Origin: a virus | Lineage: Duplodnaviria; Caudoviricetes | Virus record (IMG/VR): IMGVR_UViG_3300032284_003381 | Span: 1 to 61,131 of that record | DNA length: 61,131 bases | Reading direction: 5' to 3' (one strand) | Part shown: in pieces, positions 19,319-29,248 of the stretch | How positions within the stretch are numbered: the first letter of the stretch is position 1 | Layout: the number at the start of each line of letters is the position of its first letter | Made by a program: the position numbers and the translations under genes | The notes under the pieces: model-generated | What the model was told of the DNA's origin: nothing | Database searches by the model: none | Seen by the model: the letters and a program-made list of their open reading frames with translations, nothing else

Positions 19319-22300
19319 GTGGCAACACTAACAATTAACGACAATCCTTCTATTGCCGACACAATAGTTTTCACTTTAACAACGCCAGACTCAAATGGAT
19401 GTTTGTTGGCAAATCCATATAAAGTGGACAAAGTGGTCATTTATTATGTGCAAAGAGATTTCAATAGCGGAAATTTAAGTGAATATAGCAACGAAACTTA
19501 CGACGAAACTTCTTTGCGAATCGCATTGAAAGCAGAGGCAATTGCTTGTGAGTCTCCTACTCCAGAAAATATAAATGCAGCAAAAATTGCCAGAATTAAT
19601 GCAGAAGGCAAAGCAACAATAAATTCATTCTACTTTAATGAGGCTAAACCTGTACAAACTGTAGGGAACGATGAATTTCCTGCATGGTTTGATGCAACAC
19701 CAACAGACCTAGCCAATTCGTTTTTGGAATTAGTAACAGAAGATGCAAGCGGAAACCCGTTATATGGAACATTCACATATACATGGCAACCAGTTGGAAT
19801 GCGTGAGGGCGATTATTTCATCTGTTGGACTTGGACTCCATTAGTTGCTGGCGACAGCATTTCTTCTCATATAAAATTTTATTTGCAAGGTGATACTCAG
19901 ATCACCACAAGTATTCCAACACATTTTACAGATCCAGATAAATACCCCACATTACTTGATCGTTATCTGCCAGAAATGTTTAAAATGATCATATCAGACA
20001 ATGATAGATCGCCAGACGTTTTGGACAAATTAAATGGTTCTGTAGCACTTGGTTTTAATGTTTTAGAGGATTTGGCGAATCAAATTGTTGATTTACAAGA
20101 TGCAAATTCTGTACATGAAGCACTAATTCCTTATTTGTCGAATCTTTTTGACTTGAAACTCAGAACAAACGACCCAACAAGATGGCGTGGACAGATTAAA
20201 CGTGCAATTCCTTTATTTAAAAACAAAGGAACAAAAGCAGCCTTAGCAGAGGCAATGGAACATGCTGCAATACACATGTTAGGTTTTACACAATTGTGGC
20301 AAATAGTTTCTTCCTATACTTGGCAAGATTTTTTCATTTCTGATGGAATAAATCAAGATTTTATTTTACAAAAAGTCGCATTGCCTATTGACTTTGATAA
20401 TTTCGAATTATGGATCAGATATGAAAACTCCAATGATTGGACACAATTGTCTTCAGATTATATTGAGTTTAACACTGCTGAAGGTGTTACGACCATGACT
20501 TGGATTGGCGGAAATCTGTCTGTTAATCCAATTGTTTTGCAATATGGAGATGAAATTCGAGTTTTATATAAATACAACGAAGTTCCTGATATAACCGCTC
20601 AATCTATTGAAAATTTTATTCGTTCCCTTCCTTTGATGGATCAACGTGATGAGAGAGATCAAATTTATCCTTTGAAAAATTGGAATGTACGAGTAATCGA
20701 AGAAAACAATCCAATGCTTGATGTGATTATACCAAACAAGCATCCATTTCATGATCCTGTAATATTTGGGAAAGTGAGAACAGAATTTCCATATAGCGAA
20801 AACATTTATAACATGGAAGAATATAACGGAAGTATAAGAAATTCAAGCCTTCCATGTGACATTGACCGAAATTTTATTGACCCATGCACAGCTTGTATCA
20901 GCAGTTCCTACAATATTGATTTAGAAATAGAAAATATTTCTGATGACAGAATTTCAGAAGCTTTAGATGTATTAAAAGAATACACTCCTTTCCATGCTGT
21001 TTTACACAAAATTAATTTTATTGGAGGAATAAATGAATTCATTCAATCTCCGATAGAAGAAATCGAAACATTAGTAGCCTTTAATACACAAAGTTATGTA
21101 TTAGCAGGTGAGGGTCAAACATATTTTAACAGGGTTATGAAGTCTGTGATGACAGAAGGAATTTTCAGAAATCAACTTTCAAATTCATCATTGGAATTAA
21201 CCACCTCTGCAACGGCATACAACGATTCAATTGTTGTATTCTCTCCAACAAACAAATTAGATAATATAGGAATGTCTTTGGATGGAGATGCTGTTTTACA
21301 CATTTTGTCACCGTCGCCTTTAGCTGGAAGATATGGTTTATCTAATCCAAAAGGCAATGTTGCAACGATTTCTCCGATACCCGGATCGGAACCAATCGCA
21401 GATTGCGGCAGTTTATTTGCAAATGATGAAACATTAAACACTTGTGCATTTGCTTTTGATATAAACAATACTGTAATCAATGGAGAATCACTTTGTGCCG
21501 TTAACCAAGACAATTTGTTTATATTAGGTGATTCCTCACAAAACTTTGGAGAACTTGGAGTAAAATCATTATTTGATGTTGATCATGGAACTGCCTCTTA
21601 TGCATGGGCAGTTTTGATTCCCGATTATGATGCAACGGCTTATGATATAGCAGATGTATTACCAGATGGAAGATTGGTTTTAATAAATCATGGAAATACA
21701 CTTCCTGATACAAACGCATCTGGTGTAAGTTACACTTTAAAAGATAACTTAACTACAATAATGAGTAGCACTTCAGGTGATTATCAGGTTACAAAAAGAG
21801 GTAGAATTACTGTATTAAACTCTAATTATTTCCCAATTTCTGATACTATTGATATAGAAAATTTTTATTTTGAATATAATTTGATTGAATATCCAGTAAT
21901 TGGTTTCGTAAGTGGAACAAATGATCAATTTTACATTGGAAATTATTCAGGCGGAGATTTAGGAAGCAGCATCAACTTAAAGATTAACCGCAGATTGATT
22001 AGCCAAGACATCGGATATTTGAGTCACAGAGGATTAAAATTATTGGTATCAGGAGATTTAGAAAGCAGTTTGGGAATTCAAAATGGAGCTAACTCTCTTG
22101 TAGTTGTAGATGATGGAATTGAGAACAACAAATTCAAAGAAAATTTCATCATAGTAATTGGATCTGACAGCTATTTTATTGCTGATATTAACGGAAACAG
22201 TCCTACGGGTTTTACAACAATAACTTTATCTGGTGTGGATAACTATTGGAAGACAATCTCATCAGGCGGAACGTCTGTTACAGCAAATTTTTATAATTAC

Positions 22301-22531
22301 ACAGTAGAAGGTGCTACGATTATGGGTCAACAATATGACTTGCCAACACATACATTTAGAAAATTAAATCGTAGTGGCAGTGCAAATATTGACGAAATCA
22401 ATCAAGATGGAGTTGTAACAGGTTTAAATATACCAGAAAAAGATGGAATCAGCGAGTTTGTTGAACAAAAAGAATCTATTTCATTTCAAATCGAATATAA
22501 AGATGGAACAAAAGAAGAGGGGAAATTATGA
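19319..22531 (+). CDS. Large baseplate wedge protein (gp7/P2 gpI-like domain)
   Basis: LIPYLSNLFD...WRGQIKRAIPLFKNKGTK and KEYTPFHAVL. GTG start with AAGGAG SD. Confidence 0.75.
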   Translation: MATLTINDNPSIADTIVFTLTTPDSNGCLLANPYKVDKVVIYYVQRDFNSGNLSEYSNETYDETSLRIALKAEAIACESPTPENINAAKIARINAEGKATINSFYFNEAKPVQTVGNDEFPAWFDATPTDLANSFLELVTEDASGNPLYGTFTYTWQPVGMREGDYFICWTWTPLVAGDSISSHIKFYLQGDTQITTSIPTHFTDPDKYPTLLDRYLPEMFKMIISDNDRSPDVLDKLNGSVALGFNVLEDLANQIVDLQDANSVHEALIPYLSNLFDLKLRTNDPTRWRGQIKRAIPLFKNKGTKAALAEAMEHAAIHMLGFTQLWQIVSSYTWQDFFISDGINQDFILQKVALPIDFDNFELWIRYENSNDWTQLSSDYIEFNTAEGVTTMTWIGGNLSVNPIVLQYGDEIRVLYKYNEVPDITAQSIENFIRSLPLMDQRDERDQIYPLKNWNVRVIEENNPMLDVIIPNKHPFHDPVIFGKVRTEFPYSENIYNMEEYNGSIRNSSLPCDIDRNFIDPCTACISSSYNIDLEIENISDDRISEALDVLKEYTPFHAVLHKINFIGGINEFIQSPIEEIETLVAFNTQSYVLAGEGQTYFNRVMKSVMTEGIFRNQLSNSSLELTTSATAYNDSIVVFSPTNKLDNIGMSLDGDAVLHILSPSPLAGRYGLSNPKGNVATISPIPGSEPIADCGSLFANDETLNTCAFAFDINNTVINGESLCAVNQDNLFILGDSSQNFGELGVKSLFDVDHGTASYAWAVLIPDYDATAYDIADVLPDGRLVLINHGNTLPDTNASGVSYTLKDNLTTIMSSTSGDYQVTKRGRITVLNSNYFPISDTIDIENFYFEYNLIEYPVIGFVSGTNDQFYIGNYSGGDLGSSINLKINRRLISQDIGYLSHRGLKLLVSGDLESSLGIQNGANSLVVVDDGIENNKFKENFIIVIGSDSYFIADINGNSPTGFTTITLSGVDNYWKTISSGGTSVTANFYNYTVEGATIMGQQYDLPTHTFRKLNRSGSANIDEINQDGVVTGLNIPEKDGISEFVEQKESISFQIEYKDGTKEEGKL

Positions 22532-23007
22532 AAGAGGTAAATGAAGGACTAAAGCCATGTGGTTTTGTTCAAGGAATCATTGAATATGACACTGGCGAAA
22601 AGAAAATTATTGAATTTCCCAATACTGTCTTGGCAAGAGGCAGAGAAGCTTTAGCCGCAAGTTTAGCAAATGAATTGGGAACTAGTTATAATTTTTACAT
22701 AAACAGAATGTTATTTGGAGATGGTGGTACTGCTGCCGGTTCGACAAAATATGTAAGTTCTGACAGGAATGGTCTTTTTGGAATAACACAAGCGTCTAAG
22801 CCCGTTATTTCTGTGGTTGATCCAAACATCCCATCACAAGTCATATTCACTTCTGTAATTGCTTTTTCTGAAGCTAATGGTGTTGCTCTAAATGAGATGG
22901 CTTTGCAAATGGCAACAGGTGATTTGTATAGCATGGTTACATTTCCAGATTTAAATAAGACATCTAGCATGCAACTGACATTTAACTGGCGACTTTCATT
23001 TGTTTAG
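22528..23007 (+). CDS. Tail collar/baseplate protein
   Basis: NTVLARGREALA...MLFGDGG...NGVALNEMAL...FPDLNKTSSMQLTFNWRLSF, a tail-collar-like pattern. Confidence 0.6.
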   Translation: MKEVNEGLKPCGFVQGIIEYDTGEKKIIEFPNTVLARGREALAASLANELGTSYNFYINRMLFGDGGTAAGSTKYVSSDRNGLFGITQASKPVISVVDPNIPSQVIFTSVIAFSEANGVALNEMALQMATGDLYSMVTFPDLNKTSSMQLTFNWRLSFV

Positions 23008-23016
23008 AGGAGAAAA

Positions 23017-23154
23017 ATGAGCGTCATCAATTTTTGGCTAGATAGAAAAAAAAATAAAGATCGTAAAAAAGAAATAGAAAAAAGAATAATAGGAATAATC
23101 AATAGAAACTATATTCCAAAAATAATTCCTATTAAAAAGAAAACTGGAAATTAA
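23017..23154 (+). CDS. Small basic protein (45 aa), not in ORF track
   Basis: GAGGAG SD then ATG. Translation: MSVINFWLDRKKNKDRKKEIEKRIIGIINRNYIPKIIPIKKKTGN*. Confidence 0.5.
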   Translation: MSVINFWLDRKKNKDRKKEIEKRIIGIINRNYIPKIIPIKKKTGN

Positions 23155-23187
23155 ATATATAATTAACCAGCCATAGTAAGGAGTAAA

Positions 23188-24018
23188 ATGCCAGATTTAA
23201 GCAAATTTTTGGTTCCACTTTATAGTGCAGATCAGCCATATCATTGGGAATATGATAATCTTCCCTTACAAACTCTTGCAGAAAGAGATGAAATCATCAA
23301 TTTTGCTGTTGATTTAAACAGTCAAATATTAAGTGATTGCAGTGGAACTCAAGGAACCCTTGCTAACAGACTTGCTCAATCAATTGATGCTGATGGCAAT
23401 CTAATTCCACAGGCAGTCGATCAATCAGAACATAATATTGCAGAACATAGTGATGGAACAAAAACAGTAACTGATTTAGAACTAACTGGCTATCAAGAAC
23501 TTGGATTCCCTTCCTTAATTAATCCTGTGCCGTTCGTAAGAATGCTTCAAGCAGAAAGAGACAAATTGTCTTTGATGGCAAATGAAGCAACAAACATGAC
23601 AGTTTCTGTTCAAACAATTTCAAACATTGTTCTTTTTGAACAAGGACCAATTAATTTTGTGGAATCTGACAGCATTCAGTGGCAGGTTGATGCTCCTGAC
23701 AATATTAAAGCCGTATTAAAGGTCTCTACAGATTTTGCTCACAGACATTATTACGATCAAACTCCTGTAATGCTAACTGGCTATCAAAATTACAAAGTCA
23801 ATTCAATGGCAACTCCTTATATTGAGGATAGCCTTAGAATTTACTTAAATGGTGTAAGATTGAGCAAATATGCTGAAGTTTATTACCCAGATTCAATGGT
23901 ATCAAATTGGATGTTAAATTCATATACTGAAGATTATGCCAATGGCAAATTCAATTTAACAAATGCAATTACAAGCTCTGATGTGATACAAATTGATTAT
24001 GATATATCTTTGACTTAA
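23188..24018 (+). CDS. Putative tail/fibre structural protein
   Basis: AAGGAG SD. C-terminal SLRIYLNGVRL...YTED...FNLTNAITSSDVIQIDY is a beta domain typical of myovirus tail proteins. Confidence 0.65.
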   Translation: MPDLSKFLVPLYSADQPYHWEYDNLPLQTLAERDEIINFAVDLNSQILSDCSGTQGTLANRLAQSIDADGNLIPQAVDQSEHNIAEHSDGTKTVTDLELTGYQELGFPSLINPVPFVRMLQAERDKLSLMANEATNMTVSVQTISNIVLFEQGPINFVESDSIQWQVDAPDNIKAVLKVSTDFAHRHYYDQTPVMLTGYQNYKVNSMATPYIEDSLRIYLNGVRLSKYAEVYYPDSMVSNWMLNSYTEDYANGKFNLTNAITSSDVIQIDYDISLT

Positions 24019-24028
24019 GGAAATTACA

Positions 24029-24565
24029 TTGAAAATTTATTCGCACAAAGACCTTAATTTTGGCTTTGTGATTCTATGCCATGACAACAACATTGGTTTA
24101 CTTAAATCTACTGCAAGTTCGATTAAAGCACGATATCCAAAAACGCCAATAGTTTGTGCGACAAATGAATCATTAAGCATAGAAAGCGTTGAAGAAATGA
24201 AGAAAATATGCCCAACCTATAAGGGCAAAAATACAATTACTTCATTGATCAATACTGGAATGAGATATTCTCGTGCAGAATGGAATTTTATCGTTTGTGC
24301 TGGAGTTACAGTAAGAGCCAAAATGGACCAAAGATTTTCGTATTTCATTGAAAGTGAAAAAGATATTTTATTTCCTATTGCTGAAAATAAAATATATTTT
24401 GTTGACGGGACATTAAATGGACTATTTATCAATAGAAATACATGGAAGGAAGTTGGAGAAATGGATGAATCTGGCACTTTAGAAGAAGTAAAAACATTAT
24501 GGGCAATAGCCGCAATTGCCAAAGGCGTAAAGTTTAAAGCCATTGCCAACAGCAAAATATGTTAA
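24029..24565 (+). CDS. GT2-like fold protein lacking DxD
   Basis: FGFVILCHDN...LINTGMRYSRAEWNFIVCAG...GLFINRNTWKEVGEMDE follows GT2 topology. TTG start. Confidence 0.55.
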   Translation: MKIYSHKDLNFGFVILCHDNNIGLLKSTASSIKARYPKTPIVCATNESLSIESVEEMKKICPTYKGKNTITSLINTGMRYSRAEWNFIVCAGVTVRAKMDQRFSYFIESEKDILFPIAENKIYFVDGTLNGLFINRNTWKEVGEMDESGTLEEVKTLWAIAAIAKGVKFKAIANSKIC

Positions 24566-25074
24566 ATTTCTCCATATATGTAGCTCCAACGATTGTTTTG
24601 TCTGTGTTTTCCTTCATCTACTTCTCGAAGATAAGAGAACAAACTTTCCCATCCAGCGAACATAAATTCTGTGGGTATAAATCCAAAATACCATAAAGGA
24701 ATTTGTGTAACATTTGAGTCAGTAACAAGAAGTGTCGGTTTTTTAGCATTATTGCTATTAATTATTTCATGCGTAGTTCCGGTGGTAGGAACTTTATAAG
24801 GCAAATATGCAATTACAAAGTCTGCTCTGTCCACCATGCATAAATCTTTTCTCACAAAAGATTTCGAGATTCGAACAATAGTTTCCAGATCTCCATTTTT
24901 CTGAGCATCCTTAAGGATAGGGACCCATTGTTGTTTTGGGTCAGAAAAAGGATCAAATAAATTTATTCCAAATTCTTCCACAAGAACTTTTCGAGGCAAA
25001 TTTCTCCAGTCCTCAGTCACGTCGTGTTGGATGGGACCAGATAAATATACACGTTGATTTTGTAAAAAACCCAT
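24562..25074 (-). CDS. Nucleoside 2-deoxyribosyltransferase/RCL-like N-glycosidase
   Basis: RVYLSGPI...DWR...FDP...DLCMVDRADFVIAYL...TTGTTHEI...KP. Confidence 0.8.
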   Translation of the reverse strand: MGFLQNQRVYLSGPIQHDVTEDWRNLPRKVLVEEFGINLFDPFSDPKQQWVPILKDAQKNGDLETIVRISKSFVRKDLCMVDRADFVIAYLPYKVPTTGTTHEIINSNNAKKPTLLVTDSNVTQIPLWYFGFIPTEFMFAGWESLFSYLREVDEGKHRQNNRWSYIYGEI

Positions 25075-25148
25075 TTGTTTATCCTTCTAAAGTAAATATT
25101 TTGAACTCTTATAAGGAAGCGGTTTCATTCTACAAAAAAGGAAAAGCA

Positions 25149-25832
25149 ATGTCAATAGATGAAGGTTTGCAAAACGAAATAAATAAGGTTTTGAAGCACG
25201 AAATTGCTCAAAGACACAGTTATTTTCAATTAAAGTACTTTTTAATTGGCAAAGAGCCGACACTGCAATCGAAAATGTGGCAATGTCTTCGTGAATTGAA
25301 GACTAGAAAAGATTCTTTGGAAGCAATTGAATTAGAAATTCAGGAAACAAAAGACAAAATTGAATTACTAGATATATCTATTGAAAAGATGAAACTTGAT
25401 TCTATTAAACAGTCTGAAGATCTTGATCGAAGAGAATGTGAAATAAAAATTCGACAATTAGAAAGACAAAAAAAGGCTGCGGAATCAAATTTGTCAGAAA
25501 TTGCTGACCGCCGTAAATGGATAGAAGAAGAGTGTATATTCTTTTTTGAAACATTCAAAAACATCAATAAAATTGAAGAATTGAAAAATTTTGACGATTT
25601 TGAAGCTCAAAAACAATATTGGGGCGAAAAATTAACTCAAAAACTTAATTTAAAAATGTTAACTAGCAATCAATTAGATTCCGAATTAATAGAAACAATA
25701 GTCGCTTTACCCGATGATATTGCCATTAAAAAGCAAACTTTAAATACATTAAATCTACGTCATATAAATATGGTAAATCAACTAAAGCAAACGATGCAGA
25801 TGATTGAAGAAAAAGAGAAAAAGGAGAATTAA
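25149..25832 (+). CDS. Coiled-coil phage protein
   Basis: Probable ATG at 25149 after AAAGGA. HSYFQLKYFLIG...QCLRELKTR is followed by long heptads, and the stop overlaps the next start (TAATG). Confidence 0.7.
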   Translation: MSIDEGLQNEINKVLKHEIAQRHSYFQLKYFLIGKEPTLQSKMWQCLRELKTRKDSLEAIELEIQETKDKIELLDISIEKMKLDSIKQSEDLDRRECEIKIRQLERQKKAAESNLSEIADRRKWIEEECIFFFETFKNINKIEELKNFDDFEAQKQYWGEKLTQKLNLKMLTSNQLDSELIETIVALPDDIAIKKQTLNTLNLRHINMVNQLKQTMQMIEEKEKKEN

Positions 25833-26899
25833 TGGCAATCACAAAAATTGCATCAACTGACATTGGATATATAACTGGACAACTATCATTGTTTCCAGAA
25901 GCAAAAGATTCAACAAGTCAGCTTTATGAAGCAACAAATAATTCACAAACGATATTGACGCAAAGTTTGCCTTATAATGGAAAATATATAATTGTGGAAA
26001 ACAATGACAATTTTCCATCAAGTGGGATCTTGCGTATTGGTCCCTCGGCAGGCGAATCTGGTCCTGCTGAAATGGTATATTACCAAACTAAGACCAAAGG
26101 CATTTTTCGTGATTTAATTCGTGGATTTACAGGCTCAAGACAAAATCCTTGGCCAATTGGCAGTTTTGTCAGTAATGCTGTTTTTGCTGAACATCACAAC
26201 GCTGCAAAAGATGCAATTATTCAAATAGAAACAAATTTAGGAACACAGGATTTCCCATCTTCTACTTCTTTGAATGGAATATTAAAAACACAAGAAACTA
26301 GATTTTTAGCACCTCGTCCATTGTTTCGTGCATATCCTTTAATTGGTGCTCCTCCGCTAAAAGTTCGTTTTCAAAATTTTAGCACTGGAACGCTAGTTCG
26401 TTATTTATGGGATTTTGGCGATGGAACAACATCGCTTGAAAAATCTCCTACACACACATACCTGACAGAAGGGGTATATTCTGTAAAACTAAATATTATA
26501 AGTTCTTTGGGAGCACAAGGAGTTGTTACAAAAAGCAATTATATTGTTGTTAGCAACAAAAGCAAACCATCATTCTTTTATATAACTCCAACACAAGGAT
26601 ATTCAGTTCAAACAGCGGCAGAAAGAACTGCAAATGGTTTTCCTACAGATCCAACAATATTTAATTTTGTAGATCAAACAGATGGAAATGTTATTCAAAG
26701 ATATTGGATTTTTGATGGCGATGGATCAAGTGATAACGTTCCAATTCCAACACAAAGTATTTCAGAATCAAACCCAAATATTCACACAGTAAATTACGTT
26801 TACAATTTACCTAAAGAATATCAACCATCTCTTTTAGTTGTTTTTGATGATCAAAGTTTAAAAAGGGCAACTTTAGCAAATAAAGTTACGGTATTATAA
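25832..26899 (+). CDS. PKD-domain tail fibre/spike protein, paralogue 1
   Basis: GAPPLKVRFQNFS...YLWDFGDGTTSLEKSPTHTYLTEGVYSVKL is a PKD domain. Carries the AEHHN motif. Confidence 0.8.
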   Translation: MAITKIASTDIGYITGQLSLFPEAKDSTSQLYEATNNSQTILTQSLPYNGKYIIVENNDNFPSSGILRIGPSAGESGPAEMVYYQTKTKGIFRDLIRGFTGSRQNPWPIGSFVSNAVFAEHHNAAKDAIIQIETNLGTQDFPSSTSLNGILKTQETRFLAPRPLFRAYPLIGAPPLKVRFQNFSTGTLVRYLWDFGDGTTSLEKSPTHTYLTEGVYSVKLNIISSLGAQGVVTKSNYIVVSNKSKPSFFYITPTQGYSVQTAAERTANGFPTDPTIFNFVDQTDGNVIQRYWIFDGDGSSDNVPIPTQSISESNPNIHTVNYVYNLPKEYQPSLLVVFDDQSLKRATLANKVTVL

Positions 26900-29194
26900 A
26901 TGACAATTCCTACAATCACATACCCAACAGCAATAGACTCCAATCAAAACTTATATCAAGTTCGTGATGGTTTAAGGGTTCAATTAGCTGAAGATTATAA
27001 TCCCGGAGATACGTCAATAACAATTGTTGGCGATTTAACAAACTTTGATTCTACGGGAATTATTACATTAACAGAACAATGTAGCGAAGCAGAATTAAGA
27101 GCCATTTCATTTTATTATGGATCAAGAACATCCACAACTTTTGACCAATTGGAATTACTATCCGGTTTTATAGATTCTGCAAAACCTAAGAATCTAACAA
27201 ATGTTACTCAAAATGTTATGGCTTTGCATCACAACAATTTGAAAGATGCAATAATACAAATTGAAAACTTTGCTGGCAAAAGCACTGACTCACCAATTGG
27301 ACCACTTGAAGGTACGATGCATCAAAGAATTAATTATTTAAGAAGCATAGCATTAGCTCCAAAAGCATGGTTTAGTGCAGATCAAACTATTGGTTTGGCT
27401 CCTTTAAAAGTTACTTTTGAAGATCAAAGTTTTCAGTTGGGAACTGATGGAACGTCACAAACTGTTACACGAATTTGGGATTTTGGAGACAATACTGGTC
27501 CTTCAATAATTACAATAGATGAGACGACAGAAGTTCCTTCAAACATAACAAATGTTCTTGTTAACGAAGTTGGAACAGGAAATACTATTACCAAGACCTA
27601 CACAAAGCCCGGAATCTACAGTGTTAGTCTGACTGTAACTAACGATTTTGGAACAGATGAAGTTATATTTGACGATTATATTCAAGCTCGATTCCCTGCT
27701 CCAGATTATGCAGCAATAGAATTTGTTTTAGGTCCAAATCAAGTAATTACAGCAGGAAGTCCTAGTGGAGGACCATATCCGCCTCCTTTTGCAACTCCTC
27801 CAAAAATAAGATCTGTAGCAAATCAAATAATAAATATTCAATTAGGACCCGCTGGATATGTAAATTCTGGAATTAATCCAAATACGGGAAGAACATATGC
27901 TGGCGAAGAAGTGGATATGACCAACACTCCTATTGATCCAATCGAAAGCTATACATGGATTATCAACGATGATACAGCACACAATAATTCATATTCTGCA
28001 AGGGCTGTTTTTAGCGTTGGAGGAATTTATGATTTAACTTTAAGAGCAGATACAAAATTTGGGTCATATCGAATAACAAATTATTTAAGTGCTTTTGACA
28101 TAGTTGAACAAGTAAATTTATGGTTATGGACCTACAATTCAAATGGAACTGTTTCGTCAAATGAATTTGGACTAATTAGTGAAACATTTAAAAGCACAAG
28201 CTCATATACACTTTCTTTATCCAAGGATGATTCATTTTTGACAGGTGCAGTTAATGAATCGCAACAAAAAAGAGAATTTAATAGAAACAATGGATTTGTG
28301 CAACGAGGATCATCATCGTCTGGCTCTGGTGGCAAAGGGATATTATATTGGGCAAGTGGAAGGGGTCCTCTTGATAGTGCGAGTGTTGAAAAAGTTAAAA
28401 TGTCAGAATTCGATGGTTTTTTAGGAACATATCTTAGCAAACCTGACCACTATCGTCCTTGGAACTGGGTTTCTTTTGCTTCTTCTTCTACTTTATATTT
28501 TATATTAGGAGGAGTTACAGGCACCATTGCACCCAATACTTCGCCAACAAATCAAACAAAAGATGCAATTACATTAAGCAGTTTAGTATATGATAGTCCA
28601 GCACAAACTTTGGAAAATTCAAACTACAAAAATGGTGCTGAGGAACTGAAAAACAATCAAGTTTCTTATGACATGAGTGGGAATTCTTTACAAGGCAACA
28701 TGAGCGTTTATAAGTCCTGTTGGTACAATGATGCCGGATATTTCCTTCGGAATGAAGGTGTTGGCAATTTTTTTAGAATTAAAAGTTTTTATAAAACAAG
28801 CGGCAACAGCACAGAAGCTTTCATAAATATATCTAAACTACTAGATATGCCCGGATCAGCAAAAGTTGAAGGACAATTAGTTCCTTTGAGCCAAGGAGTA
28901 TATTTTTTCAATAACTCTGGTGCAGTTTCCGCATATAATCCAACTAGTAATATATGGTCAACTGGTGGTCCCGGATTAAATTCCGCAACATTCCAGTCAC
29001 TCCAAGATGTTTCTGTGAGCGGTTTCTCAGATGCATCCCAAACATTGCTTGCTACATCAGACGGAAGTGCAAATGCTTATTTGAGTTTTGATTATAGTCC
29101 CAACACATTCATTAAATTTAATGAAACAGATACCACTTTTCATGGTATTTCTTCGAGACCTTCAGCTTCTCAATGGCAAATGGGTATCTTTTAA
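26900..29194 (+). CDS. PKD-domain tail fibre/spike protein, paralogue 2
   Basis: GLAPLKVTFEDQS...WDFGDN...TYTKPGIYSVSLTVTN, the ALHHN motif and a beta-rich C-terminus. Confidence 0.8.
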   Translation: MTIPTITYPTAIDSNQNLYQVRDGLRVQLAEDYNPGDTSITIVGDLTNFDSTGIITLTEQCSEAELRAISFYYGSRTSTTFDQLELLSGFIDSAKPKNLTNVTQNVMALHHNNLKDAIIQIENFAGKSTDSPIGPLEGTMHQRINYLRSIALAPKAWFSADQTIGLAPLKVTFEDQSFQLGTDGTSQTVTRIWDFGDNTGPSIITIDETTEVPSNITNVLVNEVGTGNTITKTYTKPGIYSVSLTVTNDFGTDEVIFDDYIQARFPAPDYAAIEFVLGPNQVITAGSPSGGPYPPPFATPPKIRSVANQIINIQLGPAGYVNSGINPNTGRTYAGEEVDMTNTPIDPIESYTWIINDDTAHNNSYSARAVFSVGGIYDLTLRADTKFGSYRITNYLSAFDIVEQVNLWLWTYNSNGTVSSNEFGLISETFKSTSSYTLSLSKDDSFLTGAVNESQQKREFNRNNGFVQRGSSSSGSGGKGILYWASGRGPLDSASVEKVKMSEFDGFLGTYLSKPDHYRPWNWVSFASSSTLYFILGGVTGTIAPNTSPTNQTKDAITLSSLVYDSPAQTLENSNYKNGAEELKNNQVSYDMSGNSLQGNMSVYKSCWYNDAGYFLRNEGVGNFFRIKSFYKTSGNSTEAFINISKLLDMPGSAKVEGQLVPLSQGVYFFNNSGAVSAYNPTSNIWSTGGPGLNSATFQSLQDVSVSGFSDASQTLLATSDGSANAYLSFDYSPNTFIKFNETDTTFHGISSRPSASQWQMGIF

Positions 29195-29248
29195 TTCGCC
29201 AAGATGGCTAAATAATATGATACAAAGTTATAAGAAATAAGGAATATC

